A DNA stretch of 64,000 nt from an uncultured Solirubrobacteraceae bacterium. GTDB lineage: Bacteria > Actinomycetota > Thermoleophilia > Solirubrobacterales > Solirubrobacteraceae. The stretch lies in NCBI GenBank assembly GCA_963826985.1, contig CAWGYW010000007.1, positions 2,187-66,186 of the forward strand, in the 5' to 3' direction. Positions 43,988 to 55,962 of the stretch are shown here, in pieces. Under the pieces are notes generated by a model. The model did not search any database. It saw nothing but the letters and a program-made list of their open reading frames with translations, and had not been told where the DNA came from. Every line of letters begins with the position of its first letter. Positions within the stretch are counted from its first letter, which is position 1. Position numbers and translations under genes: made by a program.

Positions 43988-45790
43988 ATGGTTGGCCGAT
44001 TAAGGCGGGAAGTGAGGCGTTCGACGCTATCCGCGCGCTCGATCACGGCGGCCTTGGCCGGCTCGCCGAGGATTGCCCGCGCCGCGGTGCCCGCCAGCGC
44101 GCTCGCGCTGCTCGCGTCGCTCGTGTTCGCCGCCGACGCGTCGGGCGCGCCGACGGGCACGATCACCGAGTTCCCGATTCCGACCGCCGAAAGCGGCGCG
44201 AGCGGGATCGCGCCGGGCCCAGACGGAAACGTGTGGTTCACGGAGTTCGCAGCCGACAGGATCGCGCGCATCTCGCCCACCGGCGCCGTCACCGAGTTCC
44301 CCCTTCCCGACCCGGAAAGCGGCCCGAACGACATCGTCATGGGTCCCGACGGCAATCTCTGGTTCACCGAGTACGGCAGCGGCAAACGGAAAGGCAGGGG
44401 CGAAACGATCGGGCGGATCACACCGAGCGGCGCGATCACCGAATTCACGACCCGTGAAAAGGAAACCGGCCCCGAAAGCATCACGCTCGGGTCCGACGGC
44501 AACCTGTGGTTCACGGAGAGCCAACGCAATCGCGTCGGGCGGATCACGCCCGGCGGCGAAGTGGCGGAATTCCCGACCAAACATTCGCCCAGCGGAATCA
44601 CGGCAGGCCCCGACGGCAACGTGTGGTTCACCGAGCCGGGGGGCAGCATGATCGGGGTCATCACGCCAACCGGGACGATCAACGAATACGAAGTCCCAAA
44701 GGTCGGCGAACACCTCGAAAACAGCGAACCCGAAGACATCACCACCGGCCCCGACGGAAACCTGTGGTTCACCGATCCCAGCCGCAGCCTGATCGGGCGA
44801 ATCACGCCGAGCGGCGTCGTCACCCAGTTTCCGACCCTCACCGAAAACAGCGATCCGGTGGGCATCGCGGCGGGTCCCGACGGCAACGTCTGGTTCACTG
44901 AGTTCGGCTACAGCGGCGGACACACGATCGGCCGCATCACGCCCGCCGGCGCAGTCAGCGAGTTCGTCACTCCCACCGCGGGAAGCGGGCCGCTCGCGAT
45001 CGCGCCCGGCGCCAACGGCCAGTTGTGGTTCACCGAGGAAGGCAAGAACCAGATCGGCGAGATCAGCGCCGGCTCGCCGGAACCGGCCATCGCGCCGGGG
45101 TCGATCACCGGCGGTGGGCTCGTCGGCACACCTCAGACGTGCGACCTGACATGGAACTCGTGGGGCTCATTGCAGCCGTCCCCGAGCCTGTTCGGCTTCG
45201 ACGGCTACCGCTGGTTCCTCAACGGCTCCCTGGTCGCGACCGGCCAGACCTACACCCCCGTCATCACGCAGGTCAGCGACTCGCTCGTCTGCACCGAGAC
45301 CGTCACCTACGCAAACCCTTTCCTCGTCACCACCGGCGCAGCCAGCCCGCCCGTCACCGTCGTCGCGCCGCCGCCCACCGTCACCGCCCTGCACGAGTCG
45401 GCGTCCACCTGGCGCGAGGGTCGCAAGCTTGCGCAGATCAGCAGGCACAGGAAGGCGCCGCCCGTCGGCACGACGTTCTCGTTCGCGCTCAACGAGCCGG
45501 CCACCGTCAGCTTCAGCTTCACCAAGCAGGTCCCCGGCAGCAGCGTCGACCACAAGTGCGTGGCGCGCACGCGCAAGAACGCCAAGCACAGGGTCTGTCG
45601 CAGGACCGTGAAAGTCGGGGGGCTCGCGTTCGCCGGTCAGATCGGCACCAACCAGGTCGTCTTCCAGGGGCGAGTCTCCTCGCGGACCAAGCTCGCGCCC
45701 GGCCGCTACGCGCTCGTGATCGTCGCCACCAACAGCATCGGCCTTGCCTCGACGCCCGTGGCGCTCGGCTTCACGATCAAGAAGGGCTGA
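43988..45790 (+). CDS. Secreted Vgb (virginiamycin B lyase)-like beta-propeller protein with Ig-like and basic C-terminal domains
   Basis: Seven 'P.GI..GPDGN(V/L)WFTE...IGRITP.G...EF' repeats after a signal-like hydrophobic stretch. Confidence 0.85.
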   Translation: MVGRLRREVRRSTLSARSITAALAGSPRIARAAVPASALALLASLVFAADASGAPTGTITEFPIPTAESGASGIAPGPDGNVWFTEFAADRIARISPTGAVTEFPLPDPESGPNDIVMGPDGNLWFTEYGSGKRKGRGETIGRITPSGAITEFTTREKETGPESITLGSDGNLWFTESQRNRVGRITPGGEVAEFPTKHSPSGITAGPDGNVWFTEPGGSMIGVITPTGTINEYEVPKVGEHLENSEPEDITTGPDGNLWFTDPSRSLIGRITPSGVVTQFPTLTENSDPVGIAAGPDGNVWFTEFGYSGGHTIGRITPAGAVSEFVTPTAGSGPLAIAPGANGQLWFTEEGKNQIGEISAGSPEPAIAPGSITGGGLVGTPQTCDLTWNSWGSLQPSPSLFGFDGYRWFLNGSLVATGQTYTPVITQVSDSLVCTETVTYANPFLVTTGAASPPVTVVAPPPTVTALHESASTWREGRKLAQISRHRKAPPVGTTFSFALNEPATVSFSFTKQVPGSSVDHKCVARTRKNAKHRVCRRTVKVGGLAFAGQIGTNQVVFQGRVSSRTKLAPGRYALVIVATNSIGLASTPVALGFTIKKG

Positions 45791-45822
45791 CGCCGCGCGG
45801 GGGAGCTCCGCGAGGGGCTCGC

Positions 45823-46203
45823 TCAGGACGGCCAGTCGTGGTCGCCCGTGACCGCGCCGCGGACCACCTTCAGGTTCAGCAGCGCGCACTTGCGCCGCGT
45901 CGCCGACACGGGGATGCCGAGCAGCTCGATCATCCAGTCCGCGCCCAGCTCGCCGACCTCCTCCAGCGTCATGCCCTTCAGCTCCTCCGAGGCGATCGAC
46001 GCGGCCGCCTGGGAGATCGCGCAGCCGTGGCCCTGGAAGCGCAGGTCCTCGATGCGATCGTCCTTCACGCGGATCTGCACGCCCAGCTCGTCGCCGCACA
46101 GCGGGTTGTGCTCCAGCGCCTGCAGGTCGTGCGGCTCCAGCTCGCCGAAGTTGTGGGGGTGCTTGTAGTGGTCGAGGATGTAGTCGCGGTACAGGTCGTC
46201 CAT
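45823..46203 (-). CDS. sufU: SUF-system NifU/SufU-family protein
   Basis: LYRDYILDHYKHPHNFG, NPLCGD, GCAISQAAAS, RRKCALL. Confidence 0.92.
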   Translation of the reverse strand: MDDLYRDYILDHYKHPHNFGELEPHDLQALEHNPLCGDELGVQIRVKDDRIEDLRFQGHGCAISQAAASIASEELKGMTLEEVGELGADWMIELLGIPVSATRRKCALLNLKVVRGAVTGDHDWPS

Positions 46204-46290
46204 GGCGTCAGGGGCTCGTGGTGGGGGAGGGCGGTGCCCGCCCCACGGTAGTAGGTCGGCCCGGATCAGCCGGTGGTAGCTCGGCCCCAA

Positions 46291-47877
46291 TCACCCCGGA
46301 GCGGCGCGCCGGGTGCCTCGGGTGAGCTCCCGCACGAGCACGTCGACCGAGCGCTCGAGCTGCTCGAGGCTGGCCGCATCCACACGCCCGACGCCCACCG
46401 TGCGGTTCAGCCACGCGTTGATCTCGCGGTGGCCTCGGCCGTCGCGGCGGTGCAGTTCCGCCACCAGCCGGCTGCGCTCCCGGCGCAGCTGCTCGCGGCG
46501 CTCGAACGCCGGCGCCGGTGGCCGCTGGGGCGCTGACGGCAGCTGCACGACCTGGGCGGGGGTGGGCGCCGCCTGAGGCGGGCCGAACAGGGTCATCTGC
46601 GCGGCGAACTCGGCGTTCAGGGGCACGAACTCCGCGCTCGGCGAGGGCTCGCTCGCGCGGCGCTCGCGCAGCTCCTCGAGACCCTCCACGGGCTCATCGC
46701 GGCGCAGCGCGTGGCGCAGCTCGCTTTCGATCTCCGACGCGTGCACACGCAGCGTCCGCTCGGCCGGTAGGTACAGCCAGCTCGGCTCCGGTGGGCGGCC
46801 GGGGATCGTGCGCACGAAGCGCCCCACGATCTGGCGGAAGATCAGCGGCGTCTTCGCCGCCGTCGCGTACACACCCACGCGCAGCCTCGGGATGTCCACA
46901 CCCTCCGACACCATGTTCACCGCCACGATCCACGGCTCGCGCGAGTCGCGAAAGGACTGCAGCTTGCGCGCCGCGTTCGCCTCCGTGTGCAGCACCACCA
47001 GCGGCGCGCGCCCGCTCGCTTCGGCCACCAGCTTCGCGATCCGGCGCGCATGCTCCGCATCGGCCGCCACCGCCAGCGCGCCCGCGTCGCGGTGGCCTTC
47101 CGCGCGCAGCGCCCGCAGCTTCGCGTCCGCCTCGCCCACGATCCGCGGCAGTCCGTCCGGCAGCTCCGTCGAGATCGCCGTGCGGTAGCGCCGGCTGGCC
47201 TCGCGCGCGCTCAGCACCGTCTCGAACGACGATTCGATCACGTCCTCGCCGCTGCGCCACGACAGCGTCCCGTCGAACGTCACGAACGCCACCGGCCGGC
47301 AGATGCCGTCGGCGACCGCCTGCGCGTAGGTGTAGGACACGTCCGGCATCGCCAGGCCCTCCTCGTCGTAGCGCACGCCCGGGATCGGCGTCGCGTCCGA
47401 GCGAAACGGCGTTCCCGATAGCAGCAGCCAGCGCGGCGCCGCCGCGAACGCCTGGCGGAAGCTCGTGCCCCACGTCAGATCCTCGCCCAGGTGATGCGCC
47501 TCGTCCACCACCACCAGCGTCTCCCGCGAGACCTGCGCCGCCCACGCGCCCGGGTCGCTCGCCACGCGCGCATAGGTGACCGCCACGCCGTCGAAGTCCC
47601 GCGGCGGCCTCGGGCCCGGCGCGTCCGGCTGCAGCTGCACGCCCAGCGCCGCCGCCGCGGCCGCCCATTGGCGCGTCAGCGGCGTCGTCGGGCACAGCAC
47701 CGCCACCCGCGCCACGACCCGCCTCGACAGCAGCTCCCGCGCCAGCTCCAGCGCCGGGCGCGTCTTGCCCGCCCCAGGCGCCGCCGAGATCAGAAACGGC
47801 CCCTCCTGCCAGCCGGCCAGGCGATCGAGCGCGTGGCGTTGCCAGGAGCGCAGCGGTGTCGATGATGAGCGCGTCAA
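46291..47877 (-). CDS. SF2 DEAH (ResIII-like) helicase
   Basis: LRSWQ, APGAGKT, DEAHH, LSGTPFRSD, MVSEGVDIP, QIVGRFVR. Confidence 0.9.
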   Translation of the reverse strand: MTRSSSTPLRSWQRHALDRLAGWQEGPFLISAAPGAGKTRPALELARELLSRRVVARVAVLCPTTPLTRQWAAAAAALGVQLQPDAPGPRPPRDFDGVAVTYARVASDPGAWAAQVSRETLVVVDEAHHLGEDLTWGTSFRQAFAAAPRWLLLSGTPFRSDATPIPGVRYDEEGLAMPDVSYTYAQAVADGICRPVAFVTFDGTLSWRSGEDVIESSFETVLSAREASRRYRTAISTELPDGLPRIVGEADAKLRALRAEGHRDAGALAVAADAEHARRIAKLVAEASGRAPLVVLHTEANAARKLQSFRDSREPWIVAVNMVSEGVDIPRLRVGVYATAAKTPLIFRQIVGRFVRTIPGRPPEPSWLYLPAERTLRVHASEIESELRHALRRDEPVEGLEELRERRASEPSPSAEFVPLNAEFAAQMTLFGPPQAAPTPAQVVQLPSAPQRPPAPAFERREQLRRERSRLVAELHRRDGRGHREINAWLNRTVGVGRVDAASLEQLERSVDVLVRELTRGTRRAAPG

Positions 47878-48014
47878 AATGGTCCGGCATCGTGTGCCAC
47901 GGCGCGGACGGATCGCCGTGCGCCGCACGGTTGAGCCGATCCGCTCTGGCGCCGCTCGCATCCGCGCCCGCGGCTCCTCACCTGCCGGCGCTCCCGACGC
48001 GGGGCGCCGCGTGG

Positions 48015-49306
48015 CTACAGCCCGAAGACCTCGCGGCCGGCCGTCAGCGCGTCGATCAGCGCGTCGATGTCCGACGCGTCGTTGTACACGCCCACGCTCG
48101 CGCGCGCCGTCGCGCTCACGCCCAGGCAGCGCATCAGCGGCTGTGCGCAGTGGTGGCCCGCGCGGATGCACACGCCCGCGCGGTCGGCCAGCTCGGCGAT
48201 GTCGTGCGGGTGCATGCCCTCGATCGTGAACGACGCGAGGCCGCCGCGGCGCTCGGCGCTCGACGGGCCGACCACGCGCAGGCCCGGGACCTGCGCCAGG
48301 CGCTCGAGCATGTACGCCGTCAGCGCAAGCTCGTGCGCGCGCACGCTGCTCCATGCCCAGCTCGTCGAGGTAGGCCACCGCCGCGCCCAGCCCGACCGCC
48401 TCGGCGATCGGCGGCGTGCCCGCCTCGAACTTGTACGGCAGCTCGTTCCACGTCGCCGACTCGAAGTCCACCGACGCGATCATGTCCCCGCCCGTCAGGA
48501 ACGGCGGCATTTGCTCGAGCAGCTCCGCGCGCCCGTGCAGCACGCCGATGCCCGTCGGCCCCAGCGCCTTGTGGCCCGTCCAAGCGTAGAAGTCCGCGCC
48601 CAGCGCGCGCACGTCGACCGGCAGCTGCGGAACCGCCTGCGCGCCGTCGATCGAGCGACACCGCGCCCGCCGCGCGGGCGCGCGCCGCGATCTCGGCGAC
48701 CGGGTTGATCGTGCCCAGCACGTTCGACACGTGCGCGAACGCCACCAGCCGCACGTCGCCGCGCGCAAGCTCCGCGTCCAGCTGATCCAGCGACAGCTCG
48801 CCGTGCTCGTCCACCTCCAGGTAGCGCAGCTGCGCGCCGCGCTCGTGGCACAGCACCTGCCACGGCACCAGGTTCGCGTGGTGCTCCATCTGCGTGATCA
48901 GCACCGCGTCGCCGGCGCTCACGTTCGCGCGGCCCCACGCGTACGCGACCAGGTTGATCGCCTCCGTCGCGTTCTTCGTGAAGATCGTCGTCCGCGGCTC
49001 CGCGCCCACGAACGCCGCCACCCGCTTGCGCGCGTCGTCGTACGCCGCGTCCGCCTCCTGCGCGAGCGCGTACACGCCGCGGTGCACGTTCGCGTTGTGG
49101 CTGCGCAGGTGCTCCGCCTGCGCGTCGATCACCGCGCGCGGCTTCTGCGAGCTCGCCGCCGAGTCCAGGTAAACCAGACGCCCGCCCACGCGCTGCCCGC
49201 CGAAGGTCTCGCGACGCAGGATCGGGAAGTCACTGCGCGAACGCCGCGCCACCCGACTCCCGGAGGGAGTCTTCATAAAAAGGTCGTTCTCAGCGACTGG
49301 TGGCAT
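48015..49306 (-). CDS. sufS: Cysteine desulfurase SufS (frameshifted)
   Basis: YLDSAASSQKP, ANVHRG, EHHANLVPWQ, SNVLG, DGAQ, TGHK, FEAGTP, IRAGHHCAQPL. Confidence 0.95.
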
Positions 49307-50713
49307 ACGCCTCGATGTCCTCGCGCGCCGCCGCCAGCTTGCGCTCGATCCGCTCGCGCACGAGCTCCTCGAGCGCCTCGTCCTGGAGCTCTGAGATCAG
49401 CGGCTCGAAGAAGCCCTCCACGATCACCCGCACCGCCGCCGCGCGATCCAGGCCGCGCGTCTGCATGTAGAAGATCGCCGTCTCGTCCAGCTCGCCGACC
49501 GTGCCGCCGTGCGACGCCGACACGTCGTCCGCCGACACCAGCACCGACGGGATCGCGTCCACGCGCGCCTTCGGCGAGAGCATCATCGTGTGGATCTGCA
49601 GGTAGGTGTGCGTCTGCTGCGCCCCCGGGTCGATCTGGATCAGGCCCTCGAAGCTCGCGCGGCTCTCGCCCGTCGCCGTCCCGCGCCAGTGCACGTCACC
49701 GCCCGACGGGCCCGTCTCGTGCAGATCCACCGCGAACACGTCCAGGTGCTCGTGCTCCTCCGCGAAGAACACGCCGCGAAACGCCATGTCGCCGCCTTTC
49801 TCCATGACCGCCAGCTCCAGGTGCTGGCGCACCAGGTGCCCGCCCAGCAGCGCCGGCAGCCAGTGGCAGTACGCGTCGCGGCCAACGCCCACGAAGCGCG
49901 TCGAGGCGTCGAACACCTCGCCCGAGCCCCAATCCTGGAACTGCGCGAGGCGACAGCGCGCACCGTCCTGGAGGTACAGCTCGAACGCGTTCGCGTGCAG
50001 CGCTTGGCCCTCGAAGTCCTCCGCAAGGTCGTACTCGTGCACGCGAAACTCGCTCGTCGACGCGCCAAGCACCAGCGTGCGCCCGTACTGCGCCACGCCC
50101 GCGCGGTCGATCGCGTACACGATCTCAAACGGCTCCTCCACGACCACGCCGCGGGGCACGTACAGGAACGCGCCGCCCGTCCAGAACGCCGCGTTCGCCG
50201 CCTCCAGCTTGTGGCGGTCGATCGGCAGGCGCTTGGAGTACCACTCGCGCACCAGCTCGCCGTGCTGCTCGAACGCCTGCTCGAGCGAGCACAGGATCAC
50301 GCCGCGCTCCGCCAGCGCCTCGTCCAGCTCGATCTGCACCACCGCGCCCGCGCTCTGCACGATCCGTCCCGCGCGCGGGCCGTCGGGGAGCGTGCGGCTC
50401 ACCACATCCGGCACGCCGCGCTCCTCGACGCTCGTCTCAAGCGCGTCCAGGTCGAGGCTCTGCAGGCTCGTCGACCAGAAACCCGAGCGTCGCCACACCG
50501 GCAGCTCCAGCGTCTCATACGCCTGCAGCGCAGCCTCGCGCAGCTGCGCCAGCGTGCGCCCGTCGCCCGCGCCCGCGCCGTTGAGCGCGTGATACAGGCT
50601 CGCCTCGCGGTGGCGGCCAGCCTTTTCCTGCGCCGGCGCTGCGCCGTTGGAGCGCGCCGGCTCCGCGCCGTTCGTGCTCGCGTCGTTCTCGCTCGTGTCG
50701 TTGGGGCCCGCGC

Positions 50714-50717
<4 letters not shown>
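49290..50717 (-). CDS. sufD: Fe-S cluster assembly protein SufD
   Basis: NAAFWTGGAFLYVP, F.GLIQI..GAQQT, DAIP, DDVSASHGGTVG, FYMQTRG. Confidence 0.9.
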
Positions 50718-51482
<765 letters not shown>

Positions 51483-51491
51483 GTCTTGTGG

Positions 51492-52019
51492 TCAGGCTCC
51501 GGTCGTCAGGGTTGATTGGGTAGCGGCCGTGAGCGGTTGCACGCCCAGGGTCGGCAGGGTCGGTCCGCTCGTCGCGCTCAGCGTCGGCGGGGAGCTCGGC
51601 AGCAGGTCCGCGAGGGTCGTCTCGCGCAGCGTGTTCACGATCGAGAAGCGCACCCGCGTCCACAGCAGCTTCGTCGGGCACACGTGGTCCGAGATTCGGA
51701 CTCGCGCGAGCACACGATCGAGCCGTCCGCCGCCTGCGAGATGCACTCGATCGGCGCGATCGAGCCCTCCAGCGCCTCCACCACCTCCGCCATCGTGATC
51801 TCATCGGACGGGCGCGCCAGCATGTAGCCGCCGCGCGAGCCGCGCCGCGAGTCCACCAGCCCCGCCTTGCGCAGGCGCGCCACCAGGTGCTCGAGGTACG
51901 CCAGCGGCAGGCCGTCGTGCGCGGCGATCTCCGCCAGCGGCACCGGCTCGTCCGCCGGCACGCCGGGCGAGCTCCACCATCACGCGTACGCCGTACTCGG
52001 CCTTGGTTGAGAACATCAT
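51492..52019 (-). CDS. Rrf2-family transcriptional regulator with three Cys (frameshifted)
   Basis: STKAEYGVR.MVELA, YLEHLVARLRKAGLVDSRRG.RGGY.LAR, EC...VC...VCPTK.LW. Confidence 0.92.
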
Positions 52020-52025
52020 CGCAAG

Positions 52026-52050
52026 ATTTCCTACCTGGCAGCTAGGGTAT
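52026..52050. promoter_or_regulatory. 25-nt imperfect palindrome, candidate Rrf2 operator
   Basis: ATTTCCTACCTGGCAGCTAGGGTAT (9 of 12 symmetric pairs), 6 nt upstream of the rrf2 start. Confidence 0.65.
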
Positions 52051-52086
52051 CAGGGGCCCGCGAGAACTCCAGGGGCGCGCCGGACG

Positions 52087-52750
52087 TCAATCCAGCTTGC
52101 CGATGTCGTGGCTGAGCCCTTCCGGCGTCAGCTCTTCGGACTCGAACAGCACCCGCTTGCGCGCCCGCCGGGTCGATCAGCAGCACCGGCGCGTATTCGT
52201 CGAACCTGCGCGCGCCCGCGCTCGCCGGCTTGACCCCGTAGCCGCGCCAGATCGAGCGCAGCCGCGACGAGCGCGCCCGTCAGGTACTGGACGCGCCCCG
52301 TCAGCGACACTCCGCGCCAGGAAGCGCCTTACGTTCGCCGCGCGTGTCCGCCGCCGGGTCCGCGCTCACGATCAGCACCGCCGGCACGCGGGCATGTTCC
52401 TCTTCCAGTTCGTTCAGCGCGCCGCGGATCTGCTGCGCCGATCACGCATGCACGTGTCCCCGCACGTCGAGTACAGGAACGTCAGCACCACCACCTGGCC
52501 GCGGTAGCTGCCCAGCGACACGCGGTCGCCCGTACTGGTCGCTCAGCGTGAAGCCCGGCACGGCGATGCCGCTCCGGGAAACGACGCGCCGTCGAAGGCC
52601 GGTTCCGGACCAGCGGACGCGGCCGATGACGCGGAGGTTCCCGTGGCGGCTCTCTGCCCACCGCAGCCCGCCAGCGCCGCGAGGGCCGCCAGCGCCAGCA
52701 CCAGCGCCGCGCGGGGGGCGCGGGCCGATCGGCCGGGACGGTTCGAGCAC
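52087..52750 (-). CDS. SCO-family copper chaperone lipoprotein (frameshifted)
   Basis: Lipobox LAGC, FTLSDQYG, TFLYSTCGDTC (CxxxC), SADPAADT. Confidence 0.8.
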
Positions 52751-52789
52751 GCGGTGGTTCCGACGCCCACGCGGCGTAAGCTACCGACG

Positions 52790-54318
52790 ATGCTTTCACA
52801 TAGACGCGTTGGGGGGGCGGTCGTTCGGAGGCTGGCCGGTACCACAGCCCTCGCTCTGATGGCGACGATGATCTTTAGTACGGGCGCATTCGGCGAAGCG
52901 ACCAGCACCGCGCCGCCGAGCGCAACACCGCCACCGCCCAACGACACGCTCGCCGCCGCGCAGGCGATCCACACGCTGCCGGCGTCGATCAACGGCACGA
53001 CCGTTGGCGCCACCACCGAACCGGGCGAACGCGAATCCGCGTGCGACGTGCCCACGACCAGCTCGGTCTGGTACAGCCGTGCGCCTGCCCGCCAAGCATC
53101 GCATCGGCCTCGACCTGGCCGCCTCCGGCGCGCTCGACGCCACGATCGACGTCTACCACGCGGTGCGCTCGCAGCTGATCTCCGTCGGTTGCCAGCACAC
53201 GGAAGCCCAGGGCAAGGCCTCGCTCACGTTCGCCGCCGCCAAGAACGGCCTGTACGAGATCCGCGTGGCGGCGCTGCAGGACTCCCAGCTGGCCCCGTTC
53301 ACGCTCGAAGTGTTCCTGCCGACACCCGCCGTACAGCCGCCCGGACCGCCGCTGCCCGCCGCCGGCGTCAGCGGCCAGGTCGATCGCATCCAGAACATCA
53401 ACGCCGCCTACGTCGATCACCATGCGCGCGGGCGTCAGCTACATGATCAGCCTCGCCAACGAGACCCGCAAAGGCGCCTGCGTCAGCGGCGCCCTGTTCG
53501 CCCCCGGCACCGGCTCGTTCGGCGGCGAAGAAGAAGAAGCCGGCGGCGACGGCGCATTGGCTGCAGCATCCACTGCGGCGGCTTCCGCCTGTTCACGCCT
53601 GGTGCCGGCCAGGGTGGGCGCTACAGCTTCGAGATCACGCCCCGCTTCTCCCACCGCGGCGTGCAGCGCTTCCACCTGCAGATCGCGCCCGCCGGCGCCG
53701 CCGAAACCGCGCCCGGGCTCGCGCTCGGCAACTACGCCCACGCCCACGGATACCTCGACGGACGCAGCGTGCAGGTGCTGCGCCTGTATCGCATGGAAGT
53801 CACGAGCCGTTCCAACCTCACGCTCGCGCTGAGCGCGCCCCAGTCGGCCGAATTCAAGCTGCAGCTGCGCAACCAGAACGGCAACGTGATCGAATGCGAC
53901 TGCGAAGGCAGCGGCTCGCAGACGCTGACGCACCGAGCTGCTCCCGGGCACCTACTACGCGGTCGTCTCCGAGCGCAACGGCAGCTCCGGCAACTTCACG
54001 CTCGTCCGCGAGTCGCGCACGATCACGAGCACGAGCATCTCCTTCTCGAGCGCCAAGGCCGCGCCCGGCGAGGCGCTCAGCATCGACGTCAAGGTCGACC
54101 CGGCCGAGTCCGGGCCCGTCAGCGTCGACATCGAACGCTTCGATCCCGTCTTCGGCTGGCAGTTCTACCGCGAATCGCACGCGTTCGCGAGCGGCGGGCT
54201 CGCCACCGTTCCGTTCTCGCCGCCGGCCGTCGGGCAGTGGCGCGCGAAGGCCACCTACGAAGGCTCCCGCACCGCCAGTCCGAGCGCCGTCGGCTTCACG
54301 TACCTGCTCGTCTCCTGA
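52790..54318 (+). CDS. Secreted protein with PPC-like beta-sandwich repeats (frameshifted)
   Basis: Signal-like N-terminus; [12 protein letters not shown]...GATTEPGE...SVWY; GLYEIRV and PGTYYAVV motifs. Confidence 0.65.
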
Positions 54319-54416
54319 GCCACGCAGCCGGGGCGCGCAGGGGGTCGGCAAACGCGCCAAGTGTCGCTACACTTTATGAAGTCCCTGAATCCCGACCCTG
54401 GTTTAGGAGTTTCAAG

Positions 54417-55599
54417 ATGAGCTCGTCCGGCGCGGAGCTTCTCCGCCGAGTCAAGAGCCAGATACAAGAGGTCGACCCCTCCGAGGTCAACGAGCTGATC
54501 GGCGAGGGCGTGACGATCGTCGACGTGCGCGGCAGCGAAGAGTTCGCCACCGGGCACCTGCCCGGCGCCAAGAGCATCCCGCGGGGACATCTGGAGCAGC
54601 GCATCGAGAGCGCTGCGCCCGACCGCTCCGCCGAGCTGATCCTCTACTGCCAGTCGGGCAACCGCTCCGCGTACGCCGCGCGCACGCTGCAGGAGGACCT
54701 CGGCTACGAGCACGTGCGCTCGATGACCGGCGGCATCACGCTGTGGAAGGACCGCGGCTACGAGGTCGAGATCCCGCGCGCGCTCAGCGCCGAGCAGCGC
54801 GAGCGCTACTCGCGCCACCTGCTGATCCCCGAGATCGGCGCCGAGGGCCAGCAGAAGCTGCTCGACGCCAAGGTGCTGCTGCTCGGCGCCGGCGGGCTCG
54901 GCTCGCCGACCGCGCTGTACCTGGCGGCGGCCGGCGTGGGCACGCTCGGGATCGTCGACGACGACGTCGTCGACCTCTCCAACCTGCAGCGCCAGGTGAT
55001 CCACTCGACACCAGCGCATCGGCATTCCCAAGGTCGACTCCGCCGAGGAGTCGATCCACGCGCTCAACCCCGACGTCAAGGTCGTCAAGTACCAGACGCG
55101 CATCGACGCGTCGAACATCATGGAGATCATCGAGGGCTACGACGTGATCGTCGACGGCGTCGACAACTTCCCCACCCGCTACCTGCTCAACGACGCCAGC
55201 GTGCGCCTGCGGATCCCCGTCGTGTCCGCATCGATCCTCGGCTTCGACGGGCAGCTGTCGGTGTTCAAGCCCTACGACGGCCCGTGCTACCGCTGCCTGT
55301 TCCGCGAGCCGCCGCCGGCCGAGCTCGCGCCCTCGTGCGGCGCCAACGGCGTGCTCGGCGTGCTCCCCGGCACGATGGGCCTGCTGCAGGCAACCGAGGT
55401 CGTCAAGCTGATCCTCGGCATCGGCGACCCCGCCATCGGGCGCCTGCTGCTGTACGACGCGCTCGGCGCGACGCTCACCGAGGTCAAGGTCCACCGCGAC
55501 CCCGAGTGCCCGATCTGCTCGCGCGAGCCCGACGAGATCGCCGACGAGGAGATGGGCGTGTTCCCGGACTACGAGGCGTTCTGCGCCGCCGCCGGGTAG
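54417..55599 (+). CDS. moeB: Rhodanese-MoeB/ThiF fusion sulfur-carrier adenylyltransferase (MoeZ-like; one frameshift)
   Basis: Rhodanese GHLPGA and CQSGNRS; [45 protein letters not shown]. Confidence 0.93.
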
Positions 55600-55615
55600 T
55601 CTCCGCGCGACGAAC

Positions 55616-55903
55616 ATGGCCACGATCAAGATTCCACCGGTGCTGCGCGCGTCCGTCGGCGGCGAGAAGGAGGTCGGCGCCTCCGGCGAGAACGTCGGCG
55701 CCGTGCTGCGCGACCTCGCCGCCAACCACCCGGCGACGCAGGATCAGCTGTTCTCCGCCGACGGCGAGCTCAACCGCTACGTCAACGTGTATCTCAACGA
55801 CGAGGACGTGCGCGTGCTCGACGGGCTCGACACCGCTGTCGGCGATGCCGACACGCTGGTGATCCTGCCGGCGATGGCCGGCGGGGCCCCGCTGAGCGTC
55901 TAA
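55616..55903 (+). CDS. CysO/MoaD-like ubiquitin-fold sulfur carrier with a 5-aa extension after GG
   Basis: IKIPPVLR...[17 protein letters not shown]...[13 protein letters not shown]. Confidence 0.9.
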   Translation: MATIKIPPVLRASVGGEKEVGASGENVGAVLRDLAANHPATQDQLFSADGELNRYVNVYLNDEDVRVLDGLDTAVGDADTLVILPAMAGGAPLSV

Positions 55904-55962
55904 GCTGCTGGCGTCTCTCGGCGCGGGCACTCGCGCGATGCCGTTGGATCGCCTGCCCGCCG

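Noticed and set aside
38700-45060. Regularly spaced repeats as a possible CRISPR array
   Set aside because: They are coding repeats (RTX nonapeptides, Vgb blades) with synonymous variation, and no cas genes are present.
43988-45790. Virginiamycin resistance gene
   Set aside because: Only the propeller repeat is shared. The signal peptide and extra surface domains indicate a secreted structural protein.
46291-48768. Apparent SufS-helicase fusion (825 aa)
   Set aside because: Created by a frameshift in sufS; sufS has its own stop at 48015.
53004-55862. 952-aa ORF fusing the secreted protein to MoeZ
   Set aside because: An artefact of frame switching. The secreted gene stops at 54318, and moeZ has its own promoter and SD.
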